Below are positions 30,569-48,822 of a DNA stretch of 64,000 bases, piece after piece. This DNA is from Eledone cirrhosa (Eukaryota), in assembly GCA_964016885.1 (NCBI GenBank), contig OZ024745.1:55304001-55368000 (forward strand). Direction: 5' to 3'. Numbering within the stretch: position 1 is the first letter of the stretch; each line of letters opens with the position of its first letter. The notes beneath the pieces are model-generated. The model did no database searches and had not been told where the DNA came from. It saw only the letters and a program-made list of their open reading frames with translations. A program made the translations under genes and the position numbers.

Positions 30569-31274
30569 CAGGTACACATATATATATGTACCTATCACTT
30601 TAGCGGACGTTTATTATAACGCCCGCTTTGTCCGTTTGTAAACAAGCGGACAGCCTGATTTATCGTTCCTGTGTCAGTGTTGAACAAAAAGGTGACGTGG
30701 TTGCCTTAACACCGTATGGCATAAATCAGGCTGTACGCTTGTTTACAAACGGACAAACCGGGCGTTATAATAAACGTCCGCTAAACTGATACGTACATAT
30801 ATATATATATGTGTACCTGTATGTATATATATATATATATATATGCATGCTACTGTACGTCTGTATAGATATATGTATGTACGTATACATACATACTTAC
30901 ATTTAAGTAAGTGCCGTACTAAGAGTGAGAAATGAAATTTCGTTTCATTATATTACAACTTATCGTATTCGGTACGCCTGGCCGACTGAACTCACTCGAT
31001 ATGCAAATTTGGCTGCTCAGCCGTTAATTTTCATAAGGAAAGTATATACTTTCGAACGTTCAACTATCTGGAAGAAGGGTATACGTTGCTGATGATAGCT
31101 AAGAAGCTTGAAACTAGTACATCGTTCCTGTGTCAGTGTTGAACAAAAAGGTGACGTGGTTACCTTAACACCGTACGGCATAAATCAGGCTGTCCGATTG
31201 TTTACAAACGGACAAAGCAGGTGTTATAATAAACGTCCGCTAAACTGATACGTACATATATATATGTGTACCTG

Positions 31275-31280
<6 letters not shown>
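30417..31280 (+). mobile_element. Retrozyme-like element (family B): 5' inverted arm 30417-30663, a 459-nt monomer and a partial second monomer
   Basis: ATCGTTCCTGTGTCAG occurs at 30662 and 31121; 30417-30663 is the reverse complement of 30721-30963; no ORF. Confidence 0.8.
31083..31125 (+). ncRNA. Minimal type I hammerhead ribozyme at the monomer junction
   Basis: ACGTTG-CTGATGA-TAGCT-AAGA-AGCTT-GAAA-CTAG-TA-CATCGT; predicted cut after 31119. Confidence 0.8.
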
Positions 31281-31347
<67 letters not shown>

Positions 31348-31399
31348 GTATATATAGAAAAAATTTACGAAATGGAAATGCGGGTATATAGAATTTATT

Positions 31400-31516
31400 A
31401 GGTAACAATTGTTTCTATAGTGTATGAGTTACCTATACCTCGCTATTTGAATAATACACAAATATTATCAAAAACCGAAAGTACACTGTAAGCCAACACA
31501 CCATCTCATCAGACCT
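31400..31516 (-). ncRNA. Type I hammerhead in a pLTR-like fragment (~31355-31910)
   Basis: Minus strand: AGGT-CTGATGA-GATGGTGTGT...ATACACTATA-GAAA-CAATTG-TT-ACCT. Confidence 0.8.
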
Positions 31517-31942
31517 TTGTATTAGAATGACATGAAAATATTTTATACACTAGATAAAAGATAAAGAAGGAGGTAGGAAGAGAAGGGGAAGAGGGAAGTG
31601 AGTAAGGCGGAGGGAGTCTTAGGGTTTAAGACTGTCAGACTAGTAGAGATTGTGAAGAGAGAATGTTTTGGCAGCAGCTAGCTTAATGAGGCGTGCTAAG
31701 GTTGGCTGGGAAGTAGATACTTCTAGTGGTGTTGTTCGGACAAAATTTAGTTAGAGGGGTCAAAGTGGTACAATGTCACAGACAAGTTATTAGGGCTATT
31801 ATAGTAGCAGGTTATTTCTAAAGGGGTCCAGAAAAACAGCTCAGGATTCCTTTTCCTTTGAGCACATAATTTACAGGGAATACCGGCAGTCTATGGCTCC
31901 GTTAACTTATATCTATCTATCTATATATATATATATATATAT

Positions 31943-32355
31943 GGTGGCTGCCAACTCGTTTTCGAGAACGGCCACTACCCTATATCCATGTAGGAGAACC
32001 CCTACCGATGCGCTGAATGAGTGTGACTTTTTAGTCCAGCCTGCGACATGAAAACTCTAGTACATACACTACACTTGTGACAATTATTGACACATAGTGC
32101 TGGGCCAATGGTACCATGTGACGACAAGTGCAGAGAGATCTCCAGATATAAAGCAATGCCTGTGCCGTGAAGCTATTATAGTGAACAAAGCCACTGCACA
32201 AAGCCAGTCCCACTCCCTTAACCAAGATGATATTTACCAAAAAGAAGAACAAGTCAACATCATTGGATACCATCAGGGTTGCAGGTGTTATATCAGAGTT
32301 TTCCTTCTCCTAGAATTCCGCCTTGATAAAGGCTAAGGGGTCATCTCTCCCGGGA
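31943..32355 (-). mobile_element. Bipartite RTE-derived SINE-like copy
   Basis: Collinear with 2395-2806, with the same ends. Confidence 0.7.
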
Positions 32356-32376
32356 TATATATATATATACATATAT

Positions 32377-35300
32377 GAATTCAAGCACAATAGCTGAATT
32401 ACTGAATGACAGTATCCCTCAACCACTCACTCTGTCATCATTATCGCCATCACCATCACCACCGTCACCATCTTCTGCCACATCAACATCTTCTGCCTCA
32501 TCAACTGCTCGTAATGGACCACTGCTCTCTCTCCAACCACAGTTGTCATCATCATTATCATCGTCACCACTACTGCTTTCTTCCACCACATCACCACCAC
32601 AGCGATGCCATAGTCAAAAGAATTTTTTTTTTAAATCTACGAGCTGTATGCACCCCCCACTATACATACTAGAAACCCCAAAATATGCCGCTACTCACTA
32701 CGTCAGGGGCTATGCACACGTAGCGATTTTATATTTACCCATTTACCGGGTACGAGGCGCACTAACACTGCCAACCAACACAAAAGCTCGCTGCCTTCAC
32801 GCATAGGTCGCAGTCCCCAAATCTGTCAACATTCCCAACGTGAGAGGCTATGTCTGCTGACTGACTGTCCCTTCACTCATCTTCCTGGGACACAACGCGC
32901 AAAGAGAAATTGGGCTGCATGCAAACACACAAACCGCAATAAAACCACTCCCTACTGCGGTAATGCTGCTCCAGTCTCCTCACAAAGATATGATTACAAC
33001 AACAACAAAAGTAATGCTGCTCCAGTCTTTTCACAAAGACACGATTACAACAACAACAAATACAACAACAACAACAACAAAGGAGGGAACTGCAACCCTA
33101 TCCGATGGTGTAACCACAATCCAATCAAAAACTGCTCCCTGAACAAGAACATTTTTCTTTTTTAGCCATGAACCAGGCAAAAGAGATAGAGAAAAACATT
33201 TTAGCCATCACTGAACACCATCCTTACTGTCACTAACTCACAATCTCAAAACAAGCCCCCTGCAACAGTCAAAACCAGCCACCACACTAGCCTCCACATT
33301 TTTAGTCAATACACAAGGTATCAGCCGTTCCATTAATGCAAAGAAAAGGAAGATCCAATTCATTGAGGATTGGGTTGGTAACCATCCATTTCACATCCCC
33401 TTCTTCATACTTACTGAGACCCACCTTGACAACTCCCACTTGGAGGCCGAAGTAAGAGTTTGAAATCTCACAACCATCTGTGCGGATCGTGTTGGCAGAA
33501 GGAAGGGTGGAACTGCCATTTTGCGGCATGATTCCTTTAGGGCAGATGGTAACACAACATTCTCCAATGGTTACTGTGAATCAGTCACTGTGCACAATAA
33601 AGCCAATGACCTGACATTAGTTGGGCTCTACACCACAAACACCCATAATTTGCTTCAAAGTATGCCTCAACAGTATTAAATGCTTTATTAAACAGTGTCA
33701 TTCTAGCAGCATACTTTTGATGAGAGACTTTAATCTACCCTGTGTCGATTGGTCTACATGTAGTTTGAAACCAGGAACCACAAACTCAACCACTGACAAA
33801 GAAGCTGTCGAGTCACTTCTTGACTTCATGAATGAGTTTTTCTTGTCCCAACTTGTCCTTGCACCAACGAGGCATCAGAAGAACATTCTGGATCTAGTGT
33901 TTAATAACCACAGTAACACTATACATAATATTACAGTGGAAAAAACCCTTCTCTCAGACCATGGTTCTTTGTAACCTGAGATTCCCGTAGCTTAAAGCTA
34001 ATACCAGGGTCCGCTTTCCAACCCACCCATTTGATAACATGGATCTCTACCAACTGGGATGCAATTATGAACGAACTATCACATGTCGACTGGTCTTTTA
34101 CACACGCACGCACTTCCAGCAACTTCAAAACATCTTGGCAGATCTTTGTAGACACTATCACAAATATATGTACAAAACACACCCCAACACAACCTGTGAA
34201 GAAAACCAAGTGCAGTATCCCCCTAAACATAAAAACAATTATCAGAAAAATAAAATCAAAACAAAAAAATTAATACATTAAAACACTGCCAACAGCAACA
34301 CACACATTCGATGGCTATCGCGCTGTTTGAGTAAAAAAAAATATAACCTCCATGATGACCATCATCAATAACCAGAGAATAGCTGAAGAGAGATAGGCCA
34401 CCGAGAAAATCAAACTCAACCCTAAAGTTTTCTTTTAATTTGCTAAAAAAACAGGTCACCGTCTCCACTGTTAGCCCTCTAGTTGATGAAAATGGCACAC
34501 TCCAAGACAATGCCAAAACTATGGGCGAGATACTGAAGAAACAATACTGCTCTGTTTTAAGCAATCCTAATATGGCCGATCTAGGCCGTATCAGTGATGT
34601 TAATCCCCAACACACTATATCAGGCATAACGTTTGGCGCCCCTGATGTCTTAGCGGCAATAATCGAAATTAAACACAATTCAGCAGTAGGCCCCGATAGG
34701 TTCCCTGCTTGTGTCCTGAAGGTGTGTCGACACCAACTTGCATCTCCTCTTGCTAATCTGTGGAGGAACTCACTGGACACTGGCTATATTCCTGAAAACT
34801 TTCTATCCCAGTCCGTTGTCCCAGTCTTCAACGAGGGAAATAAGTTCCTTGCAGTGAACTACCGTCCGATCTCACTCACCTCTCATATTATCAAGTTATT
34901 TGAGAGGGTGGTGAGATCACGAATAACCCACTTTCTTGAAAGCAACGGCCTGCTGAACTCCAACCAACATGGGTTCCGTAATGGAAGGGACTGCCTACTG
35001 CAGATCTTGCATCACTTTGACGATGTTTTGAGAGCCTTGGGAGAGGGCTCCAACACTGATGTCATCTACCTTGATTTCAGCAAGGCCTTTCAGAGGGTTG
35101 ATCATAAGATTCTACTGAAAAAACTATCCAATGCTGGTGGCTCTGGAAGGTTACTACAGTGGATCAAATGTTTCCTGACAGACAGAACCCAGCATGTTGT
35201 AGTCGAAGGAGTAAAATCAAGCCTTGCCAAAGTCAGCAGAGGCGTCACACAAGGCACTGTGTTGGACCCACTTCTTTTCATCATCTACATTAATGACATT

Positions 35301-36210
35301 ACTGACATCATCAAGCACAGCAACATAAGAATCTTCGCAGATGATTCCAAGCTCCAAAGGGTCATCAAATGAGGTGGGTGACCGGACCTGCCTTCAGTCA
35401 GACCTACTGGCTGTTATCCAATGGGAAGAGATGAATAATATGCTGTTGAATGAGGATAAGTTTGAATTAATCCATTTAAAAAAAAAGGATGCCCTGAAAC
35501 TACCATACTCTCTTCCTTCGGGTGAAATTCTAGTGGCATCCAATAACTTCAGATACCTGGGAGTAATTGTGGACAACAACATAAGCTGGGCCACTCATAT
35601 AAACAGCAAAGTTGATATGGCCCGCAGAATGTGTTCCTGGATTCTCAGAACTTTTCAGTCCAGAGATATCCACACTGTTATCCTTCTCTTCTCCACTTTT
35701 GCCCGACCCCACCTTGAATACTGTTGTCCACTGTGGTCACCCCACACGAAACAAAGTATCATGAAAGTTGAAGCACCCTAAATGTCAATTACAAAAAAGA
35801 TAGATGGCATGACAGGCCTTGACTATTGGAGTCGATTAGAAAAGCTCAACGTTTATTCTCTCCAACTTCGCCGTGAGCACTACATTATCTGCATGATGTG
35901 GAAAATATTGCATCAGCTTTGCCCAAATGATGTTTGCATTACCTTTAGTGTACACCCAAGGCTTGGGCCCCGTGCTATCCGCCCACGACAAAAATCCCAC
36001 TCGCATCTCATAACAATAATTCGGCACAATTATTTCACCTCAATTGACCCTGCTCTCTTTAACATTACACCAAAACACATCAAATCAGAGACAGACCCCT
36101 TCAAGTTCAAGCAAGAAGTCTCTAGATAAATTCCTTCAAGAAATCCCTAATAAGCCTCCTACACCCGGATATGCCTCCGTAAACAATAATTCTCTGCTCG
36201 AGTGGTCCAT
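32377..36210 (+). mobile_element. Near-full-length decayed CR1-clade LINE (ORF1 CCCH relics, APE endonuclease, RT)
   Basis: ORF1 relics ICRYSLRQGLC..FTHLPGT and ICQHSQRERLC...CPFTHLPGT; APE motifs LTETHL, DFNLP, LDLVF, LSDH; RT motifs YRPISLT, QHGFR, FADDSK; RPHLEYCCPLWSP; several frameshifts. Confidence 0.9.
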
Positions 36211-36249
36211 CAATTGACAGACATCAATTTATTTATGCCATCTGATATT

Positions 36250-36307
36250 TTATCTGATGAGGACGTACTGACGAAACAGCACAGTAACTCTGAAATATAT
36301 ATAATAA
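36250..36307 (+). ncRNA. Type I hammerhead in pLTR 36217-36357 (degenerate inverted copy at 38368-38490)
   Basis: TTAT-CTGATGA-GGACGTACTG...CAGTAACTCT-GAAA-TATATA-TA-ATAA. Confidence 0.75.
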
Positions 36308-36352
36308 CATATATATGATCACATGAACGTCTATAATTATTAATATTTTGAA

Positions 36353-36390
<38 letters not shown>

Positions 36391-36398
36391 ATATATAT

Positions 36399-37857
<1,459 letters not shown>

Positions 37858-37924
37858 ATATATATATATAGAGAGGTTATATATATATCTATATATATAT
37901 CTATATATATATATAGAGAGAGAG

Positions 37925-37970
<46 letters not shown>

Positions 37971-37971
37971 T

Positions 37972-38022
37972 AGTTTCAGAAGATCCCGTTAAGGGTGAAA
38001 GCAGCGATTCTTTGCTTAAACT
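37972..38022 (+). ncRNA. Type I hammerhead, CAGAAGA core variant
   Basis: AGTTT-CAGAAGA-TCCCGTTAAGGGT-GAAA-GCAG-CGATTCT-TTGC-TT-AAACT. Confidence 0.65.
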
Positions 38023-38041
38023 TTAATCTGTTATTTAAATA

Positions 38042-38072
<31 letters not shown>

Positions 38073-38119
38073 TGTATCTATATATATGTATGTATATACA
38101 TATATATTTTTTACATATA

Positions 38120-38260
<141 letters not shown>

Positions 38261-38367
38261 AAATATATATATATATATAAAATATATATACATACATATA
38301 TATAGATACATATGTATATATATATATACATATATATACATATATACACACATATATATATATATAT

Positions 38368-39945
38368 TAATTCAAAATATTAATAAATATAGACGTTCAT
38401 GTGATCAAATATATGTTATTATATATATTTCAGAGGTACTGTGCTGTTCCATCAGTACGCCCCAATCAGATAAATAAATTGATGTCTGACATACCTCAAC
38501 TGTGCTGATGGTTCAATTCCAGTCTTGGCAGTGATTAGTTATGACAAAACTCAATATTTATATACCATAAGTAGCAACATGACAAACTACATATAATTAA
38601 GAGGGTACGTAGGAAAACGTGTATAAAAAATAAAATAAATAAATATATAGATAAGTAAAATACATAAACACATAAGTACATAACTGTTAAATATTTAAAT
38701 AATTAAATATGTAAATATCCGTATTAGAGAAAAAAGCAAACCAGAGAGAGAGAGAGAGAGCTAAATAGAGGAGGAAAGGAACATATAGAGAGATGAAGAT
38801 AAAAACGAAAAAATGGAGATATAGATGGTATAATATAAATACATAAGGAGAAGAAGAATAGAGGTATATGATGCGTGACCGTAGAAACGATCAATTAAAT
38901 ACCCTGAAATGTTTACTCTATAATATTTGAAAGAAATTATACTTTTATATTATATCAAAATTAAAACAATATAAAGTGATATAAGATAAAATAACATATT
39001 TTCAAAGATAATCTGGTGCATATTTAAATTAGTAAATACATTTAATAATTTAGTTATAAAATTCAAAATTCAAAATTCAAAATATTATTAACTAACAATG
39101 GTGCTTACAAATATAGTAAATATGATATTATTAAACTTAACTTATTTAGATAATAGCATCTGTATAAGCATTTTATATAAACAATACTATTTAAATCGAT
39201 ATTTGTCAATTACATATAAGATTAATTATTAGTTATAATTACATTTGAGAGTATTATTATTTCGATTCAACCAAATGTTACTGTATTCAATACTATAAAT
39301 CAAGTTAAATACAGATTATTAATCAATTTAGATAAAACGAAACTTATACACGATAAATGTAAACAATATCTTCGTACGCCGTATCCAAACGTTTAAATTA
39401 ATTAAACGGTTTAAAAGTCTGAAGATATTACACATCTCAAATTTATAAAATACAGTATTTAAAAAGAGGATTCTAAATCGAAACTAAAGATATTTAAACA
39501 ATCAAGAGATTATCATACTCTTTGAAAGAACAGGTATGCATTTCCTAAGGTGAGGTAGAAACATTATACACAATATCAATAATAGCAATAATAGCAATAA
39601 TAGAAGTATTACAAGAATTATCAATAAGAGTCAATATCTTTTCTCACTCAGTCAATGTTTTTTTCCTAATTGTATATGATGCTTGAAATGTTGTTGCAGA
39701 TTTATGGTGGCAATTTGAGAATAACTCACTTTTTTTATTAATTAAATTACCATAATTAGCAATTATTAATAGAGTGTCCGTTTTGCAAAGAGTGCAGTAG
39801 GTGAGATGGAATGATTCCGGTAAACTTCACAGTTTCGAACTTTAGTCCAAAAGATTGAGTATTTTAAATTTTTCTCTTTTAAAGACCATATTAATTGTGA
39901 TAAAGAAGTAGATAATTTCTTATCCGGATTATAAAAAGAATGTTT
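38368..39945 (-). mobile_element. 5'-truncated PLE: GIY-YIG C-terminus (39665-39945) plus a long AT-rich 3'UTR/pLTR
   Basis: STSLSQLIWSLKEKNLKYSIFW, CTLCK, INKKSELFSNCHH. Confidence 0.75.
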
Positions 39946-39948
39946 ATA

Positions 39949-42694
<2,746 letters not shown>

Positions 42695-42813
42695 TAATAA
42701 GAGGAATTCCAACTTTGTCTGATTTACTCGTTTTATTTACAATCCTTTAAAATATATATAATATGGTATTATAATGAAATAGTATGATAGAATATTAAAT
42801 TCTAAGTGTTAAT

Positions 42814-42852
42814 TGAACAAGTACTTTCATGCTTTCGCAATCTTCAGGTTCA
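42814..42852 (-). ncRNA. 39-nt minimal hammerhead ribozyme
   Basis: Reverse complement of 42904-42942. Confidence 0.8.
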
Positions 42853-42903
42853 TGATATGTCGTGACAGTCGAGTTTGCAATTTTCAACTGTCACGACTTA
42901 TCA

Positions 42904-42942
42904 TGAACCTGAAGATTGCGAAAGCATGAAAGTACTTGTTCA
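42904..42942 (+). ncRNA. 39-nt minimal hammerhead ribozyme
   Basis: TGAAC-CTGAAGA-TTGC-GAAA-GCAT-GAAA-GTAC-TT-GTTCA. Confidence 0.85.
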
Positions 42943-43112
42943 ATTAACACTTAGAATTTAATATTCTATCATACTATTTCATTATAATACCATATTATAT
43001 ATATTTTAAAGGATTGTAAATAAAACGAGTAAATCAGACAAAGTTGGAATTCCTCTTATTAATATAATCTTCTATACACAATCATACACACCCGTGTATA
43101 TTTACTTATCTA

Positions 43113-43203
<91 letters not shown>

Positions 43204-43358
43204 TTTTTTTTTAGTGTATGTTGGTTGTTTACCGACACTTCAGTATGCAGATTGGAGCACTCGGTGAAATAGGCAGGTTCGTTTGGTTACTCCAGTGTAA
43301 TGTAAAATAAAGTAATTAAGTCACACATTTAAGATTTGGCTTCGTTTATTAAAGATGT

Positions 43359-43413
43359 ACTGCTATATATTTTTCGGTGACAGCCATCATTGGCTGTGAC
43401 CTCTTCAGGTAGT
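43359..43413 (-). ncRNA. Hammerhead motif (slightly degenerate) in the pLTR
   Basis: Minus strand: ACTAC-CTGAAGA-GGTCACAGCCA-ATGA-TGGCTGTCACC-GAAA-AATATA-TA-GCAGT. Confidence 0.7.
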
Positions 43414-44528
43414 CCGAATTGGTGTGGTAGAGACAGGTACACATGTTGTTAAAGTGATTTACTCCGTCAATACTCCGGTATGTCTAGCTCCTGGTTGGGT
43501 TGCTATTTCTCTGAGGAACTGGAATCATATGATTTAGAACAAACGAATTGCGGCATCTCTCCTCCCATTGGTCAGTTGTGAGAACATTCCTCAGTCAAAA
43601 GTCTATAGACATTTTTTTCTGAGGCAAGACAATCTGTTGTAGTTGTTTTTCTTAAGTACAGCTGACCTCCTCCCTTGTGTTTATTGGTGTTAGGGGGTCA
43701 GCTGGCAGGTCAGCCTTAGTTCAACTGATGCTGACTTTAGAAGAATGAGAGTGTGTGGGTTGGCATCAATCCTACCACCCTTTCACGTGGTACGGGGTGC
43801 CAAACGAATAATGGAATCAGATAAGGTAAAATGAAGAAATAAAATATAAACAAATAAGATAAAATAAATAATAAAATAATAAGTTACGATACAATAAAAT
43901 GAAGAAGTAAAAAAAAAAAATAAATGAATAAAATAGAATAAAATGCGTGTTTGTTATAGACAATATCAAATACCAAAGAAGAATTAAGTGCGTCCTTGTT
44001 ATAACCAATATTAAAGTTTGAAAGATTTGGAAAATATTGACTGAAGTAGAAAGGCTATGTGTCAGAATCGGGAAATGCAAAGGGTTACGATCTTTACACT
44101 ATCAAGGGGTGGTGCGTTTTAAGAGCTAATTAGGCAAGATTGGAGTGTAAAACACCATAACCTGAGTGTCAAAATCCCGAAATGCAGAGGACTACAGTTT
44201 TTAATTCGGTATAGAGTACATATGTGTATATGTCAACCCACATCGTTGCAAGCCCAAACGCACCAACACGAGCCCAGGTGCATCCCATATTCACACACAC
44301 ACACACACACACACCCATATATATATATATGTATATATATACTCGCACACACACACACGCGCGCGCGCACACGCATATGTAATTATCAGTGCATGTACAA
44401 TCTTAAATAACAGGATCTATGTATGGGCATATGCATAGGTACTGCACACAGGAGTCGATCGAGCCAGGGGTAGGAGTGGTGAAAATATAGGGTGTGGTTT
44501 ACCGTGGGCTCGGTGTGGCCGGGCTACT

Positions 44529-44805
44529 GTCCCTATAGCTTGAGGGAAGTTCCCTTCCCAATGCGTTGTTGTTGCCCATATAGATAGAGGAAGGTCCCGG
44601 CCTTGAGGTGTCTACATGTCCCGGGGATGTCTCTATAGCTTGAGGGAAGTTCCCATCCCACAGTGTTGTTATTGTTCATATAGCTTGAGGAAGGTCCGGG
44701 CCTGGGGTGTCTACATGTCCCGGAGAAGTCCCTATAGCTTGAGGGAAGTTCCCCTCTCAGTGTGTTGTTATTGTCCATATAGCTTGAGGTGTCTAGATAT
44801 CCCGA
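44529..44805. repeat. ~100-bp tandem repeat (~2.8 units, with ~50-bp sub-repeats)
   Basis: GTC(C/T)CTATAGCTTGAGGGAAGTTCCC at 44529, 44629 and 44728. Confidence 0.9.
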
Positions 44806-46575
44806 AGAAGTCAGTCTTGCTTCCACCACTGAGTATCTCAGGGTCTCGCTCTGACATGGTTTGCAGATGCCAGATCCCCCTTTATCAGGTGGTACTTTCC
44901 TGATTTGGGAACAGACCAGAGAGTATGGGGTCTTGTCCAGCTTGAGCTTCCAGATCAGTTCGGAAAGAGCCGTACTTTTCCTTTTGTCCTCCTTATTAAA
45001 GGAATTGCGATAGTTATATCATCGGTCCTTAAAGCTCGTTGATGTGGCTCCTATGTAAAGGTGTTCGGGGTTGGGGGTTTTTACCCTACATCCGTATATT
45101 AAGTTTTTCCTTAGGCATTCATTACTAATGCTGGGATTCTGCAGTTGCAGGAGGTGGTCGACCTCCGCGTGCATAGTGGGGTTCCCGTTGAGTATTATAT
45201 GGCCGTCCTCCCACGGGGGCGGTGGGGGATCCCTGGGTCTATTTGGGTTACTGGGTCCACTCTTTTTTCCCTCCGCATGGTTCTGCCGTGTGCCTATATT
45301 GCCAGCTTCCGGGATGTGTGTTGTTTTTAAGTCAACCCCTGTTAATGCTAGCTATGTGCTAGGCCACATTTAGAATGGAAGAATATGAGAGTTTTACAGT
45401 GTGTCTTTTGAAGTTCTTGCGGTATCTATGGTCCTTCAAGAAGCATTTATCTAGTGCTCTAAAGAATGAGCGGGGCATGCTGTTCTTTAGGCCCGCTGAG
45501 TATGGTGGGTTGTACCACATGATTTTTTGTGTCTAATCCTATGTGGATGGGTTGAGCGTGTCGTGGGCTGTTGGGAGTTGTTGGGTTGTTGGGTTGTTAG
45601 TGGTTCCCGCATTGCTGCTTCCCCTTTGGGCGCTATGTGTTCCGCTAACTTCTCGGCCCGTATCTCTGGGGTAGTTGTTACCCACGCTGGGAGTTCTACG
45701 GTGGGATGGTCTTCCATCGGTCCCGCTTCGTGTCCTGCAGTTGAGGGCGTCGGGCACGGGGTGGTCGATAACACCCCTGAGACCGCTACTCGTACCGAGT
45801 TTCCTCCCATAGTTATGTGTATGCGTGCCCCTCGCCAATGTGGTGGTGTCGGGTTCATAGTGTTTAGTTGTTTTTACTCTACTTGTATTGTTAGGTTCCC
45901 CCCTCCCAGATTCTGTGTGTCGGGGTATCCGTTGGGTTATCCCCGTCATGGCGCCTCGGATTATATGGTATATTTTGGCCATGCGCCGCCTTATTTAGAG
46001 CTGCCTTGTAATATTCCGCGTTGCGAACGAAGATCTCCTTATGTGCGGACAGGCTGGAGATCCTGTCCGAGACACTCTTCACTACGGCCTTAATTATGGA
46101 TCTAGGGTGGTTTGACTTGGCATTAACATATACCAGTTTCACGTTGGGCTTGTGATAGGGGTAGTATTGCTCGGTGTTCAGGTTTAGGGTGGTGTCTAGG
46201 AAGTTAACTACCTTTCTATGTGGATCTAGTTCGATATTGAGCCCATGGTTCTTAAAGAAATGCGGAATACGTCTCTTCATTCTCTCCACCATAGTGGTGC
46301 TGTGGTCATAGACTGTGAAGCGTACATCGTCACGATACAATCCGCCGCCCAGGCAGGGGACTTCATCTTTTATCTGCTTCAGCAGGAATAGCCCAACCAG
46401 ATCCGTTACCTGTGCGGAGTCGCTGGAGCCCATCGTGATGTCAAAGTTATTTGGCCAATCACTTCTGGTCCAAAGGTCTCCACCGAAACTGATCAGGGTC
46501 TTTCGGGCGGCGTGGATGATGCCCACCTCCTCGCGTGTTAGGTCCGTATTGGACGTCGCTAAAATAAGGGCCTTA

Positions 46576-47007
46576 GACCATAGATACCGCAAGAACTTCA
46601 ATAGACACACTGTAAAGCTCTCATATTCTACCACGCGAAGTGTGGCCCAACACATATCTAACATTAATAGGGGTAGACTTAAAAAACACACACACACGGA
46701 AGTTGGCAATATAGGCACCCGGCAGAACCATGTGGAGGGAAAGAAAGGTGGAGCCAGCAACCCGAACAGACACAGGGACCAGACACCGGGCCCGAGGGAG
46801 GAGCAGCATATAGTACGCAACGGGAACCCCACATTATGCACGCGGAGGTCGACCACCTCCTGCAACTGCAGAAACCCAGCATTATGCCCCCTTAGTAATG
46901 AATGCCTAAGGAAAAACTTAATATACGGATGTAGGGTAAAACCCTCCAACTCCGAACACCTTTACATAGGAGCCACATCAACGAGCTTTAAGGACCGACG
47001 ATATAAC
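46576..47007 (+). mobile_element. Inverted PLE coding segment (linker plus start of GIY-YIG)
   Basis: Diverged reverse complement of 45013-45433; TVKLSYST, CNCRNPALCPLSNECL, LIYGC..YIGATS. Confidence 0.85.
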
Positions 47008-47010
47008 CAT

Positions 47011-47230
47011 TCTCTGATGACTCCAAACTTTTGTTTGGTGTCATCAGAGCATTATCAATGTTTGTACATATAATTAACCTCCTATCAACTGAATACCTCC
47101 TATTCAACTGTAAAACACCTGATGTTCTTACATTGAGCTATTTCTCTTACTGGTAATAAGGTAGTAATAAATTACTGACATTTCCTGATTATAGTTGTTT
47201 ATAGTATAGTATATACATAACTATAAATAG

Positions 47231-47235
<5 letters not shown>
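47011..47235 (-). mobile_element. pLTR fragment ending in a fold-back inside hammerhead stem II; relatives at 57375-57640 and 60320-60485
   Basis: CTCTGATGAC-TCCAAAC-TTTT-GTTTGGT-GTCATCAGAG; the downstream sequence is shared with 57450-57635. Confidence 0.65.
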
Positions 47236-47856
<621 letters not shown>

Positions 47857-47860
47857 ATAC

Positions 47861-47905
<45 letters not shown>

Positions 47906-47906
47906 C

Positions 47907-48051
<145 letters not shown>

Positions 48052-48061
48052 TATATAAATA

Positions 48062-48266
<205 letters not shown>

Positions 48267-48282
48267 TTATATATATATATAT

Positions 48283-48472
<190 letters not shown>

Positions 48473-48667
48473 AGATAAATCTACCAAGAGTTTACGGTAG
48501 TGTCCAATCCGTATGAAGAACTCAATGTAGTCCGGATATCATGGAAAGAAGAGATACAATGAAAAATCACTTTCGGTGAAAGATAAACGGAATACAGAGT
48601 CAAGATAAAATATTAAAAAAATAATGAATAAAACAATGAAACAGTTCCTTATATTAAACAAAAAAAG

Positions 48668-48822
48668 TTCATTATTTAACGATCGTTTCTAGGATATATA
48701 TGTGTTAGAATTGGCATGCATATTCAACAGATCTATGTACAAAATTATACAAAATTATACAAACTATCAAGATTAAATATACATACCAAACACACATATA
48801 TGCCGTCTTCAGAAATAATGAA
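48668..48822 (-). ncRNA. Type I hammerhead ribozyme
   Basis: Reverse complement of 56592-56746. Confidence 0.85.

Larger units (their letters stand above)
43213..46575 (-). mobile_element. 5'-truncated PLE (Neptune-like by motifs): RT C-half, Zn linker, GIY-YIG, 3'UTR/pLTR
   Basis: FDITMGSSDSA, LYRDD, VNFLDTTLNL, YHKPN, SNHP; SCNCRIP, LYIGATST, STALSELIWKLK. Confidence 0.9.

Noticed and set aside
44529-44805. CRISPR-like array
   Set aside because: Eukaryotic context, and the inter-repeat sequence is itself repeated rather than unique spacers.
45891-47073. 352-aa and 252-aa overlapping ORFs as real genes
   Set aside because: Both read across the inversion junction near 46575; only one side of each is PLE protein.
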